Assembly: GCF_036365525.1 (NCBI RefSeq) | Contig: NC_090404.1 | Coordinates: forward strand, 6,820,001-6,884,000 | DNA from: Heterodontus francisci | Taxonomy: Eukaryota | Direction of reading: 5' to 3' | DNA length: 64,000 nucleotides | Part shown: one piece after another, positions 40,545 to 51,633 of the stretch | How positions within the stretch are numbered: the first letter of the stretch is position 1 | How the letters are laid out: each line of letters begins with the position of its first letter | Notes under the pieces: model-generated | The model's database searches: none | What the model saw: the letters and a program-made list of their open reading frames with translations, nothing else | What the model was told of the DNA's origin: nothing | Position numbers and translations under genes: made by a program

Positions 40545-40750
40545 ATAAAAGCAAAATACTGCAGATACTGGAGATCTGAAATAAAAAACAGAAAGTGCTG
40601 AAATACTCAGCAGGTCTGGCAGTATCTGTGGAGAGAGAAGCAGAGTTTCAGTTCGGATGAAAGGTCACAGGCCTTAAAAGTTAACTCTGCATCTCTGTCC
40701 ACAGATAGTGCCTGACCTGTTGAGTACTTCCAGCATTTCCTGTTTTTATT
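40545..40750. mobile_element. Inverted-repeat Penelope-like insert, degenerate
   Basis: Direct repeat tcacc(t/a)ttatctat at 40530-40543 and 40751-40764; same arms as the 34.5 kb copy. Confidence 0.65.
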
Positions 40751-41024
40751 TCACCATTATCTATGTTCCTCATTTTGCAGTTCTCGCAAAGTGTGCAGAC
40801 AGGCACAGGGCGAATCTATGGAGGGAGTCACTCAGCTGCACATCACTGTTGATCAAATCTTTAACTATTGAGAACAGACAGACTCTGAGCTGATGCACCT
40901 TGGGGTGCCTCACTCATTCATCTGCACAGAAATTTGCCCAGCTCTTCAATCATTGAGATCTGACCAGGATAGGGCAGATCCACAGATGGGAGAATCACGA
41001 ACCTCCACAGGCAAAAAGATCTAG

Positions 41025-41295
41025 CACGATGTAAAGAGACAGGGTCCAGTGTACCATAAAGAGAGTCGTGGTCGAGTGTGATATAAATAGACACCGAGTC
41101 CAATGTAGTATAAACAGTGACATGGTCTAGTCTAAAATAAACAGACACAAGGTCTAACGTAATATAAACAGATACGTGGTCGAGTGTAGTCATAACTGGG
41201 ACAGGGCCTAGTGTAATATAAACAGGGACATGGCCTCGTTCAGTACTTATTGAGGCACGGTCCAGTGTAAAATAAGCAAATATCATGTCTATTAC
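41025..41295 (-). repeat. 27-bp minisatellite array, inverted orientation
   Basis: Units such as gtgtaatataaacagggacatggcc. Confidence 0.75.
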
Positions 41296-44200
41296 ATAGA
41301 AATATAGAAAATAGGAACAGGAGTAGGGCACTCAGTCCTTCGAGCCTGCTCTGCCATTCTTTTTGATCCTGGCTGATCATCCAACTCAATAACCTGTTCC
41401 CGCTTTCTCTCCGATATCTTTTGATCCCTTTCGTCCAAAGAGCTATATCTAACACCTTCTTGAAAACGTAAAATGTTTTGGCCTCAACTGCTTTCTATGG
41501 TAGCGAATTCCACAGACTCACCACTCTCTGGGTGAAGACATTTCTCCTCATCTCAGTCCTGAAAGGTTTACCCCGTATCCTTGGACTATGACCCCTGCTT
41601 CTGGACTCCCCACCATCGGGAACATCCTTCCTGCATCTAGCCTGTCAAGTCCTGTGAGAAATTTATAGGTTTCTATGAGATCCTCCCTCACTCTTCTGAA
41701 CTCCAGCGAATATAATCCTAACAGACTCAATCTCTCCTCATACGTCAGTCCCGCTATCCCAGGAATCAGTCTGGTAAACCTTCGCTGCACTCCCTCTATC
41801 GCAAGATCATGGTTCCTCAGATAAGAAGACCAAAACTGCACACAATATTCCAGGGGTGGCCTCACCAAGGCCCAGTATAGTTGCAGCAAGACATCCCTGC
41901 TCCTGTACTCGAATCCTCTCGCTCCGAAGGCCAAAATAACATTTGACTTTTTTTTCCTGCCTGTTGCACCTGCTCACCTTCAGCGACTGGTGTGTGAGAA
42001 CACCCAGGTCTCGTTGCCTATTCCCCTCTCCCAGTTTATAGCCGTTCAGATAATAATCTGCCTTCCTGTTTTTGCGACCAAAGTGGATAACCTCACATTT
42101 ATCCACATTATACTGCATCAGCCATGCATTTGTCCACTCACGCAACTTGTCCAAATCACGCTGAAGCCTTTCTGCATCCTCTTCACAAGCCACCCTCCCA
42201 CCCAGATTTGTGTAAACTTCAAATTTGGAGATATTACATTTAGTTCACTCATCTAAATCATTAATATATATTGTGAATAGCTGGGGTCCGAGCACTGATC
42301 GCTGCGGTATCCCACTAGTCACTGCCTGCCATTCCGTAAAAGACCCAGTTATTCCTACTCTTTGTTTCCTGTCTGCCAACCAATTTTCTTTCCATCGCAA
42401 AACATTACCCCCAATCCCATGCGCTTTCATTTTACACGTTAATCGCTTATGTGGGACTTTGTCGAAAGCCTTCTGAAAGTCCAAATACATCACATCCACT
42501 GGCTCCCCCTCATCAACTCTACGAGTTACATCCTCAAAGTGTTCTGGTAGATTTGTCGAGCCTTTTCCCCATAAAATGTCCCTTTCGTAAATCCATGCTG
42601 ATTCTGCTTCATTCTACCAGTGTTCTCCAAGTGCTCTGCTATAAAATCTTTGATAATGGACTCTAGAATTTTCCCCACTACCGACGTCAGGCTGACTGGT
42701 CCATAATATCCTGTTTTATTCTCTATCTCCTTTTTTAAATAGTGGGGTTACATTAGCTACCCTCCAATCTGTAGGAACTGTTCCAGAGTCTATAGAATCT
42801 TGGAAGATGACCACCAATGCATCCATTATTTCTAGGGCCACTTCCTTACGTAATTTGGGATGTAGATTATCAGGTCCAGGGATTTATCGGCCTTCAATCC
42901 CATCAATTTCCCCAACACCATTTCTCTACTAATACAGATTTTTTTCAGTTCCTCTCTCTCATTAAGCCCTGTGTTTCCCAACATTTTCGGTGTATTTGTG
43001 TCCTCCTTTGTGAAGAGAGAACCAAAGTGTGCATTTAGTTGGTCAGCCTATTCTTTGTTCCTCATCATAAATTTCCCTGTATCTGACCGTAAAGGACCTA
43101 CATCTGTCTTCACCAGTCATGTCTTACCAACTTAATAGAATTCTTTGAGGAAGAGACAAAGTTGATTGATGAGGGGAGGGCTGTAGATGTCATATACATG
43201 GACTTCAGTAAGGCGTTTGATAAGGTTCCCCATGGTAGGTTGATGGAGAAAGTGAAGTCGCATGGGTTCCAGGGTGTACTAGCTAGATGGATAAAGAACT
43301 GGCTGGGCAACAGGAGACAGAGAGTAGCAGTGGAAGGAAGTTTCTCAAAATGGAGAAGTGTGATCAGTGGTGTTCCACAGGGATCCGTGCTAGGACCACT
43401 GTTGTTTGTGATATACATAAATGATTTGGAGGAAAGTATACGTGGTCTGATTAGCAAGTTTTCAGACGACACTAAGACTGGTGGAGTAGCAGATCGTGAA
43501 GGGCACTGTCAGAGAGTACAGCAGAATATAGATAGATTGGAGAGTTGGGCAGAGAAATGGCAGATGGAGTTCAATCCGGGCAAATGCGAGGTGATGCATT
43601 TTGGAAGATCCAATTCAAAAGTGAACTATACAATAAATGGAAAAGTCCTGGGGAAAATTGATGTACAGAGAGATTTGGGTGTTCAGGTCCATTGTTCCCT
43701 GAAGGTGGCAACGCAGGTCAATAGAGTGGTCAAGAATGCATACGGTATGCTTTCCTTCATCGGACGGGGTATTGAGTACAAGAGTTGGCAGGTCATGTTA
43801 CAGTTGTAAAAGACTTTGGTTCGGCCACATTTGGAATACTGCGTACAGTTCTGGTCGCCACATTACCAAAAGGATGTAGATGCTTTGGAGAGGGTGCAGA
43901 GGAGGTTGACCAGGATGTTGCCTGGTATGGAGGGCGCTTGCTATGAAGAGAGTTTGTGTAGATTAGGATTATTTTCATTAGAAAGACGGAGGTTGAGGGG
44001 GGACCTGATTGAGGTGTACAAAATCATGAGAGGTATAGACAGGGTGGATAGCAAGAAGCTTTTTCCCAGAGTGGGGGATTCAATTAATAGGGGTCACGAG
44101 TTCAAAGTGAGAGTGGAAAAGGTTAGGGGGGATATGCGTGGAAAGTTCTTTACGCAGAGGGTGGTGGATGCCTGGAACGCGTTGCCAGTGGAGTTGGTAG

Positions 44201-44745
44201 ACGCGGGCATGATAGCGTCTTTTCAGATGTATCTCAACAGATACATGAATGGGCAGGAAGCAAAGAGAAACAGACCCTCAGAACATAGGCGACAGGTTTA
44301 GATAGAGGATCTGGAGGGCCGAAGGGCCTGTTCCTGTGCTGCAATTTTCTTTGTTCTTGTTCTTTTTTGTTCTTTTTCTCTTTACATATCTATAGAAACT
44401 TTTACAGTCAGTTTTTATGTTTCCTGCAAGCTTACTCTTGTACTCTATTTTCCCCTTCTTAATTCATCCCTTGGTCCTCCGTTGCTGAATTCGAAACTGC
44501 TCCCAATCCTCAGGTCTGTTATTTTTCCTGACGAATTTCTTATGTCTCTTCCTTGGATCTAATGCTATCTCTAACTTCCCTTGTAAGCCATGGTTTGGCT
44601 ACTTTTCCCATTTTATTTTTGCGCCAGACAGGGATAAACAATTGTTGCAGTTCATCCATGCGCTCTTTGAATGTTTGCCATTGCCAATCCACCGTCATCC
44701 CTTTAAGTAACGTTTCCCAATCCATCAGAGCCAACTCACACCTCC
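41296..44745 (-). mobile_element. CR1 LINE with disrupted ORF2, interrupted by a younger CR1
   Basis: Minus ORFs 41548-41934, 41807-42193, 42245-42499, 44540-44779; the host sequence resumes after ~44372. Confidence 0.9.
43119..44372 (+). mobile_element. Young 5'-truncated CR1 nested in an older CR1; same subfamily as 53413-57564
   Basis: ORFs 43162-43809 and 43816-44301 are nearly identical to the C-terminal part of ORF 53494-56601; ttctttg-type tail; gtc microhomology at the 5' junction. Confidence 0.93.
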
Positions 44746-46121
44746 TAGCTCTGGAACGACGGAGGTGGAGGGGCGACATGATAGCAGTTTACAAAGTTAT
44801 AAGCCGCATGTAACACAAATATAGAATGTTCCAAAATTCAGGCAGTAAACATAATCCTCAAAACATACATTGACCATTTAACTATCGACTCACCGGGCAG
44901 CAAGGGCATTATTATCAATAAGGAATATAGGAAGTAAGTAGTGTTAGGTTTAGAGTTCCACAGAAAATAAAAGAATGTTCAAAATATGTTGACCTTTCCA
45001 GTGTGATATTAAACTGTAAACTGATATCAGGACTGGCTTCACTTAACGGGAAACAGAGGGCGATTCCCAGGGATAGGATTGGCTGGTCTGTCAGAACTGA
45101 TGATAGCTGGGTTCCAATCAATGACAACTGTAGAAAATTATTTTCTTTGATCTTTTCTTTTTCACTTTCTGACTTTCTTGGTGTACCTGTCTCTCTCTCG
45201 GTGTCTGTCTGTCCCTGTCATTCGCTCTGCCACTCTCTTCGGTGTTCCGTGAAATTGCGTAGTTTTGAAATTCTAACTTATTTCTGAATCTCATTTGAAC
45301 GAGTTCCCCACACAAAGTAAAGAAAAGAACTGTGTTTCATTGGTGTTCCATTAATCCTAACAGTTAAGATACGAACCGCAGCTCAGAGACAAGTTTAAAA
45401 TGGCACCAATTACATTTAAAATATCCCACCATTTATTAGATAGTCGGGAGTCATGAGAAAATCCAAACCCTATGTATGAGGCGCAGAACCTAAGAGTTGG
45501 AATTTGCAATATATTTATACAGTTATTTGATAATATCGCAAACTTATTATTGTTGGTATTAGTATTATACACTTTAATTCAGACAGCCAAATGTGTCTAC
45601 TATCTACAAGACGCGCTGCAGCAACACACCACGGCTCCTTAGACAGCAATTTCAAACCCGCAACCTCTTGCACCTGGAAGGACAGGTTCAACAGACGCAT
45701 GTGAACACCAACAATTGTGAGTTCCTCTCCAAGCCCCACACCATCCTGACTTGAAACTATATCACCGCTCCTTCACTATCTCTGGATCACTATCTGTATT
45801 CACTCTTACTAAATTAAAAGTCTAGTCAGATGAATTGTGGAATTATTAATGTGAAGTCCAACTAATTTTTGCAAATTAACATACAATATGCTAGGGACTT
45901 GGGCATGCCAGAAAACGGAGACAAAAAAATCTCAGAATTAATAGAAAATAGCATCGGTAGCTACAGTAAAACAATAAAATGACTGCAGTTACAGCAATAA
46001 TACAAATAAAACCATGACAACTATAATATTTTAGCATGATAATAGGTCAACATGATCATGCAGCAGTTTCGCTGATGAATTGTGAATCCAAATATTTCAC
46101 AGACAGGGGTGTATTTACCTT

Positions 46122-46338
46122 AAATAAAAACAAGAAATGTTGGAAATACTCAGCAGGTCTGGCAGCATCTGTGCAGGGAGAAGTAGAGCTAACGTTTCAG
46201 GTCAGTGAACTTTCTTCAGAACTGACCTGAAACGTTAACTCTGCTTCTCTCTCCACAGATGCTACCAGACCTGCTGAGTATTTCCAGCATGTCTTGTTTT
46301 TATTTCAGATTTCCAGCATCCGCGGTATTTTGCTTTTA
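46122..46338. mobile_element. Inverted-repeat Penelope-like insert with hammerhead-like core
   Basis: Absent from the paralogous copy at ~51598; direct repeat gg(g/a)gtgtatt(t/a)acc at 46106-46119 and 46343-46356; minus strand AGTT CTGAAGA AAGTTCACTGACCT GAAA CGTT AGCT. Confidence 0.7.
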
Positions 46339-46361
46339 TATTGGAGTGTATTAACCGCCTG

Positions 46362-46380
46362 ACGCCACTGGATGGCGGTC
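46362..46380 (+). promoter_or_regulatory. CTCF-like motif
   Basis: acgccactggatggcggtc. Confidence 0.5.
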
Positions 46381-49300
46381 CAGCACCTCATCTTTGGCCA
46401 AAATCGGCAGAGCCATCAGTTTAATGATTTCACAGGAGACAGCTGGAGATTACAGGATATACTTCTGTGTGATATCACCGCACAAGGTGGTGTATTGACA
46501 GCAAGGGTAAATTACAGGTATTACGGCATGGTTGACTCAGGTAGTGAACTTTTGGAGTCATTGTCTTTTCATTAATCTAATGTCACTGTACAGTCTGATG
46601 AATACGGTAACAATTCTTCTTTTCAAAATGGTACTTCACTGTGTCATAAACAGACAGACATGCAAAGAATTTTATCGATTGTTTTGTGACCGGATGATGC
46701 TTATTTGCTGGTGATAAATTGGAATTATCTGGAAAGCATCTGAACTCCCAAATCCCTTTGTTCCTCCACAAGTGTTAGATTGACAAAACATTTTGTCAGA
46801 CAATGAAACTTCTCACCTTATTCTGTGAAAATAATATTTCTTGCATTGAAACAGCGACGTCACCTGAAAAGTATTTCCTTGGCTGTAAGGCACTCTGGAC
46901 GCACTGAGGCCGGGAAAGGCGAAACATAAATAAAAGTCTCACCGTTTCTAGTATGAAAATACATTTTCTTCCGTGAGATATGTCACTGGAGGGATTAACT
47001 TTATTGCCCGCCTATTTCCTCGGGCACAGGTAGAGTTTCTTTGGTTCAATTGTCTTTGATTGACGAGCGATCAACACCTGTTGTGATGTTGTGGATTTGG
47101 TCTCAGGTCTGCTCAGAAACTCTCCGCTCAACGGGGCACCCGCAATCTGTTTTTTGTATTCTTTTATGCGATGTGGGAGACTGTGGCAAGGCCAACATTG
47201 GCTGCCCATCCCTAATTCTCCCTGAGAGGTTTGCAGTGAGCCACTTCATGAGCTGCTGCAGCCCGTCTTATGTATGTATACCCACAATGCTGTTAGGGAG
47301 CGAGAATGAGGTTTCTGACTGAGCAAAACTGAAGAAACGGCGATATGGTTCCAAGTCAGGATGGTGTGTGGCCTTGGAGAGGAACTTGCAGGTAGTGGTT
47401 TTCCCATACGTCTGTTGCCCTTGTTCTTTTAGCGGGTAGAGGTGCTGTCGAAGGAGCCTTGGTGAGTTGCAGCAGTGCATCTTGCAGATGATACATACTG
47501 CTGTCACTGCGCCTTGGTGATGGAGGGAGTGAATTTTGAAGGTGGGGGATGGATTGCCAATCAAGCGGGCTGCTTTGTCCTTATAGCGTCAAACTTCTTG
47601 AGTGTTGCTGGAGCTACCCTTCCCCAGGCAAGTGAACAGTATCTCATCACACTGCTGACTTGTTCCTCGTAGATGATGGAAAGGCTTTGGGGAGTGACGA
47701 TGTGAGTTACTGGGCACAAAGCTCCCAGCCTCTGACCTGCTCGAGCTGCCACTATATTTATATGGCAGGTCCACTTAAGTTTCTGGAACATGGAAACCCC
47801 AGGATGTTGATGGTGGGGAATTCAGTGATGGCAATGTATTTGAACCTCAAGCGGATGTGATTAGATACTCTTTTGTTGGGGATGGTCATTGCCTGTAAAT
47901 TACGTAGTGTGAAGTTTACTTGCACTTATCAGCCCAAGCCTGAATGTTGTCCAGCATTTGCGGGCACGGACTGCTTCAGTGTCTGAGGAGTTTTCAATTG
48001 TGCAGACTACTGTGCAATCACCAGACAACATTCACACTCTGACCTTATGATGGAGGGATGGTCATTGATGAAGTAGCTGAAGATTGTTGGGCCTAGGGCA
48101 CTACCCTGAGGAACTCCTGCAGCAATGTCTTCGGGGTCACATGATTACCCTTCAACAACAGCCAACATCTTTTCTTTGTGCTCGGTATGACTCCAACCAG
48201 TGGAGAGTTTTGCCCCGATTCACATGGGCTTCAATTTTGCGAGGGCTGCTTGATGCCATACACGGTCAAATGCAGCCTTGAGGTCAAAGGCAGCCATTCT
48301 CACTTCACGTCTGGAAGTCATCTGTTTGTCCATGTTTAAACCAAGGCTGTAATGAGGTCTGTAACTGATTGTCCCAAACTGAGCATCGGTGAGCAGGTTA
48401 TTGCTGAGTAGCTGCCACTTGATAACATTGTCAATGATACCTTCATCAGTTTGCTGATGATCATGATTTGACCAATGGGGCGGTAATTGGCAGGTTTGGA
48501 TCTGTCGTAGCTTCACGAGGTTGGCACCTCATCTTTAAGTCTGTCGAGACCAACAACCCAGGCAGCTTCCGCTGGAAGAAGGTTGGGTTTTGCTTCATTC
48601 AGTAAATGACTGGGCCATGGAGGGCTGAGGTTCCCACAAGTCACAGCGGCTGGGAAAGGTCCCCTATCTGTGGCACGGGCCGCGCTGCACTTTGGGAGAC
48701 CCGACAACACATGCGCACATCACCAATCGCCTTTCATATTCTCGCACTCAACATCACACCATGGTAAAATCAATACAGAGATTACAGTTGATTTCGGGTG
48801 CGAATATATTGTTCACTGCCTTTGGCAAACACGCAGTTACCCGAAGCCACCACCAAGTCACGCGCCTGTCTGGTGTAGAGTTTCCACATTGATGTCGGAT
48901 TTAAAGAACAATCAGAAATTGCCGTTTGTGTTTATTTCGTACCATAAATCCACAGTGACCAGAAAGCATAGGGATATCACGTTACATATAAAGTGAGAAA
49001 ACAAGGGAAGGAAATATGAACATTATTTTAAGGGTGTCCGTAAGGAGAAAGATTGAGGGGCTCAGATAAATAAGGTTTGAAACAAGGCTGTAAAATTCTA
49101 TGATTCCAGATGCGCTGAACATTTGGGATAGAAATAGACAAAGATTAAATCTTCCTGAACCACTTAATTCATCACTACTCAGAGCAAGAAGAGAAATTCA
49201 TTCCCAGTGAAGGGTCAGGGCTTTTCTTTTTGTCTTGAGAAACAGCCAAACCCCTAGAGGCTTAGCGAATGACGTCTGGTGACAACATCCGATTATAGTC

Positions 49301-49461
49301 CGATTGGCGAATGTCGCCCATCAGTCTCACACTGTACGAGGAGAATGTAAAGCTCTCCCCTCTCCTCCCCCTCCTCACCATTGAGAGTCTGGGACTCGGC
49401 AGCATGTCCCAGTCTGGACATCAGACCCTGATTGATGCGCCTTTTGTCCTTCTTCACCATC

Positions 49462-49888
49462 ATGAACAGAAACCTCCACAAAAACCTGTCTCCAGTTGGA
49501 GTTCTGCTGCTGTTGATGTTGGGTGAGTTTATTTATCTGATCATAGACTTTGTTTCACCAATATCTTAATACCTTGTGGTTGTTGAATAATTTTGTTTTG
49601 CTCACAGCCGTTCAGTGTGAGGATCAGAGCTCACACCCTGAGCAGGTGGTGTCTCGGGAAGGGGAACGGGTTGAACTGGACTGCTGGCTCTCCATTGCTG
49701 CTGGGGATACAGTAGACTGGTACAGACAAACACTGACAAGGCACCGACATTTATCGGCTCCATATACCAGGGGACTGAGACTACAGGACGCTACACACTG
49801 TCGTTGGACCCAGTTCAGAAGTCCAACACCATTTCTATAGATCCCACCGAGGCCCAGGACGCCGGTCTGTATCACTGTGCAATGGGGA
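49462..49888 (+). pseudogene. TRAV/TRDV: TCR alpha/delta-type V segment with a single 1-nt frameshift (leader 49462-49522, V exon 49608-49888)
   Basis: Leader MNRNLHKNLSPVGVLLLLML + GTGAGT; acceptor ctcacag. V reads AVQC-EDQSSHPEQVVSREGERVELDCWLSIAAGDTVDWYRQT, shifts at ~49733, then DKAPTFIGSIYQGTETTGRYTLSLDPVQKSNTISIDPTEAQDAGLYHCAMG. CRE-like tgacgtct at 49270-49277 upstream. Confidence 0.88.
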
Positions 49889-49927
49889 CACAGTGAGGCA
49901 AAGAGCGGATCCGGCTGCACAATATCT
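49889..49927 (+). other. 23-RSS
   Basis: cacagtg + 23 nt + acaatatct. Confidence 0.85.
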
Positions 49928-50381
49928 TGTTTAGTGCCGTGTCCCTGCTGCATCTTTAACCTTTCCCCAAACCAAGCCCTTTGGAAGTATTGGTGATATT
50001 CAGAAATGTTAATGGTCCGTGTTTAAACTTCCCTCTGGATAAAGTTTCATCATTCTATAGCTGTCACTGCAGATACAGTGCATCGAAACATAATTAACTG
50101 AGATATTATATGTTTAGTTGCACAACATACAGAGTAAATAGATGAACAAACATTGAACAATGCCTCCCACACAACATCGATAAATAAATAGCGCAAGAAA
50201 GAGGGAGGCAAATTAATATATAGATAGAGAGATAGATATAGATGGATATATAGTTGTACCGATTGATAAACCGACAGGTAAGTAGATAGATCGATAGATA
50301 GGTATGTAGATTAGTTCATTTTACCTGTATCAATTCTCTTTGCGTTTATCATTATAATAATTATTGATCTTGCTTTGACAG

Positions 50382-50662
50382 CTGTTCCTTGTCACTCGGA
50401 GACATTCCAAATGTCGGTGCATCAAGGAACTGAAGGACAAACCATTTCACTTCATCACAACGCTGCTTTCGCTCCAGCTGATTCGATATTCTGGTGCCAG
50501 CAGTTCTCCAATCAAGCTCCCCAGTATCTCCTCTCCACATACAGAGATGAGAAAGTTGAGGGAAGGTTTAAAATATCTGTCGACAGTGAGAAGGGCTCCA
50601 CTACTCTTATGGTAAACACGGCTCGGCTGTCAGACGCTGCGGTGTATTACAGTGCAGTGAGA
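50382..50662 (+). pseudogene. TRAV: TCR alpha-type V exon, open frame but both canonical cysteines lost; no intact leader found
   Basis: Acceptor tttgacag. Reads VPCHSETFQMSVHQGTEGQTISLHHNAAFAPADSIFWCQQFSNQAPQYLLSTYRDEKVEGRFKISVDSEKGSTTLMVNTARLSDAAVYYSAVR. Confidence 0.85.
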
Positions 50663-50701
50663 CAAAGTGAAATAAAGTAATGAGGAGCCTGTACAATAAC
50701 T
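50663..50701 (+). other. 23-RSS with broken heptamer
   Basis: caaagtg (CAC changed to CAA) + 23 nt + acaataact. Confidence 0.8.
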
Positions 50702-50929
50702 CACTGGGCATGGGAACTGAAGGGAGAACAAGTTCACGGGACCCAGCATGTGTGTGACACAAGTAAAAGCAGAACTAATGTAATTAAAATGAGTAACAGC
50801 ATTATGAGAGTCATTATTTTAACATAATGAAATAATACTTACCGTTTACTTGGAATTACATTTATTTTTGTCACCATTTCATGCCTCAACGGGACTGATC
50901 CAGGCAGTACCTCTCTGCATATTATCTCG

Positions 50930-51122
50930 TGTTGTATCTGCTCTGGGGGTGTTTGATGGGGCAGTGCAGAGGGAGCTTTAATCTGTACCTAACCCGTGCT
51001 GTACCTGCCCTGGGATTGTTTGAGGGGACTGTGTTGAGGGAGCTTTCTTCTGTATCTAACCTATGTGTACCTACTCTGGGAGTGTGTGATTGGATAGTTC
51101 ACAGGGAGCTTTGCTCTCTTAA
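50930..51122 (+). repeat. ~65-bp tandem repeat
   Basis: Units agagggagcttt..tctgtatctaacc..tgctgtacctgccctgggagtgtttga. Confidence 0.8.
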
Positions 51123-51614
51123 CACCTGATGTTGCCAACTCGGATTGTTTGATATGCAATGACATTGATTTACATTGTCTATATAATGTTTGATTCAACA
51201 TGCAGATTAAATCTCAACAGCAAAACACCTTCGCTTCATGGAGTTAATGAGTGTTGCTTGATTTTCGAATTTGATGACTTGAGAGGTCGAAAGACTTTGA
51301 TTTCTAGCAAATTAGAAATCCAATCATATGAACTGAGGAATTATTAACGTGAAGTCCTTCTAATGTTTGCAAATGCGCGGGTAATGTGTTCGTGACACCT
51401 CCAGAAAAGTGAGACACGAAATCTCAGAATTAATGTAAAATAGCAACGGTAGAAACTGCAAACCAATAAAATGACAGCAGTTACAGTGATGATAAAAATA
51501 AAACAGCGATAACTATAGAATTCTAGCATAATAAGAGTTCAACATGATCATGCAGCAGTTTCGCTAATAAATTGAGAATCCAAATTTTTCAGTCAGAATT
51601 GCATTTGCCGCCTC

Positions 51615-51633
51615 ACGCCACTGGGTGGCGCTC
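51615..51633 (+). promoter_or_regulatory. CTCF-like motif with upstream TGCA module
   Basis: tgcatttgccgcctc-acgccactgggtggcgctc. Confidence 0.6.

Larger units (their letters stand above)
45810..48510 (+). repeat. Segmental duplication copy 1 (paralog of ~51305-57960)
   Basis: Colinear matches, e.g. caacatgatcatgcagcagtttcgct, aatgtcactgtacagtctga, aattggaattatctggaaag, and the same old LINE starting at the equivalent point (~47165 vs ~52435). Confidence 0.85.

Noticed and set aside
48951-48957. cacagtg at the end of ORF 48670-48996
   Set aside because: The ORF is not V-like and no nonamer follows.
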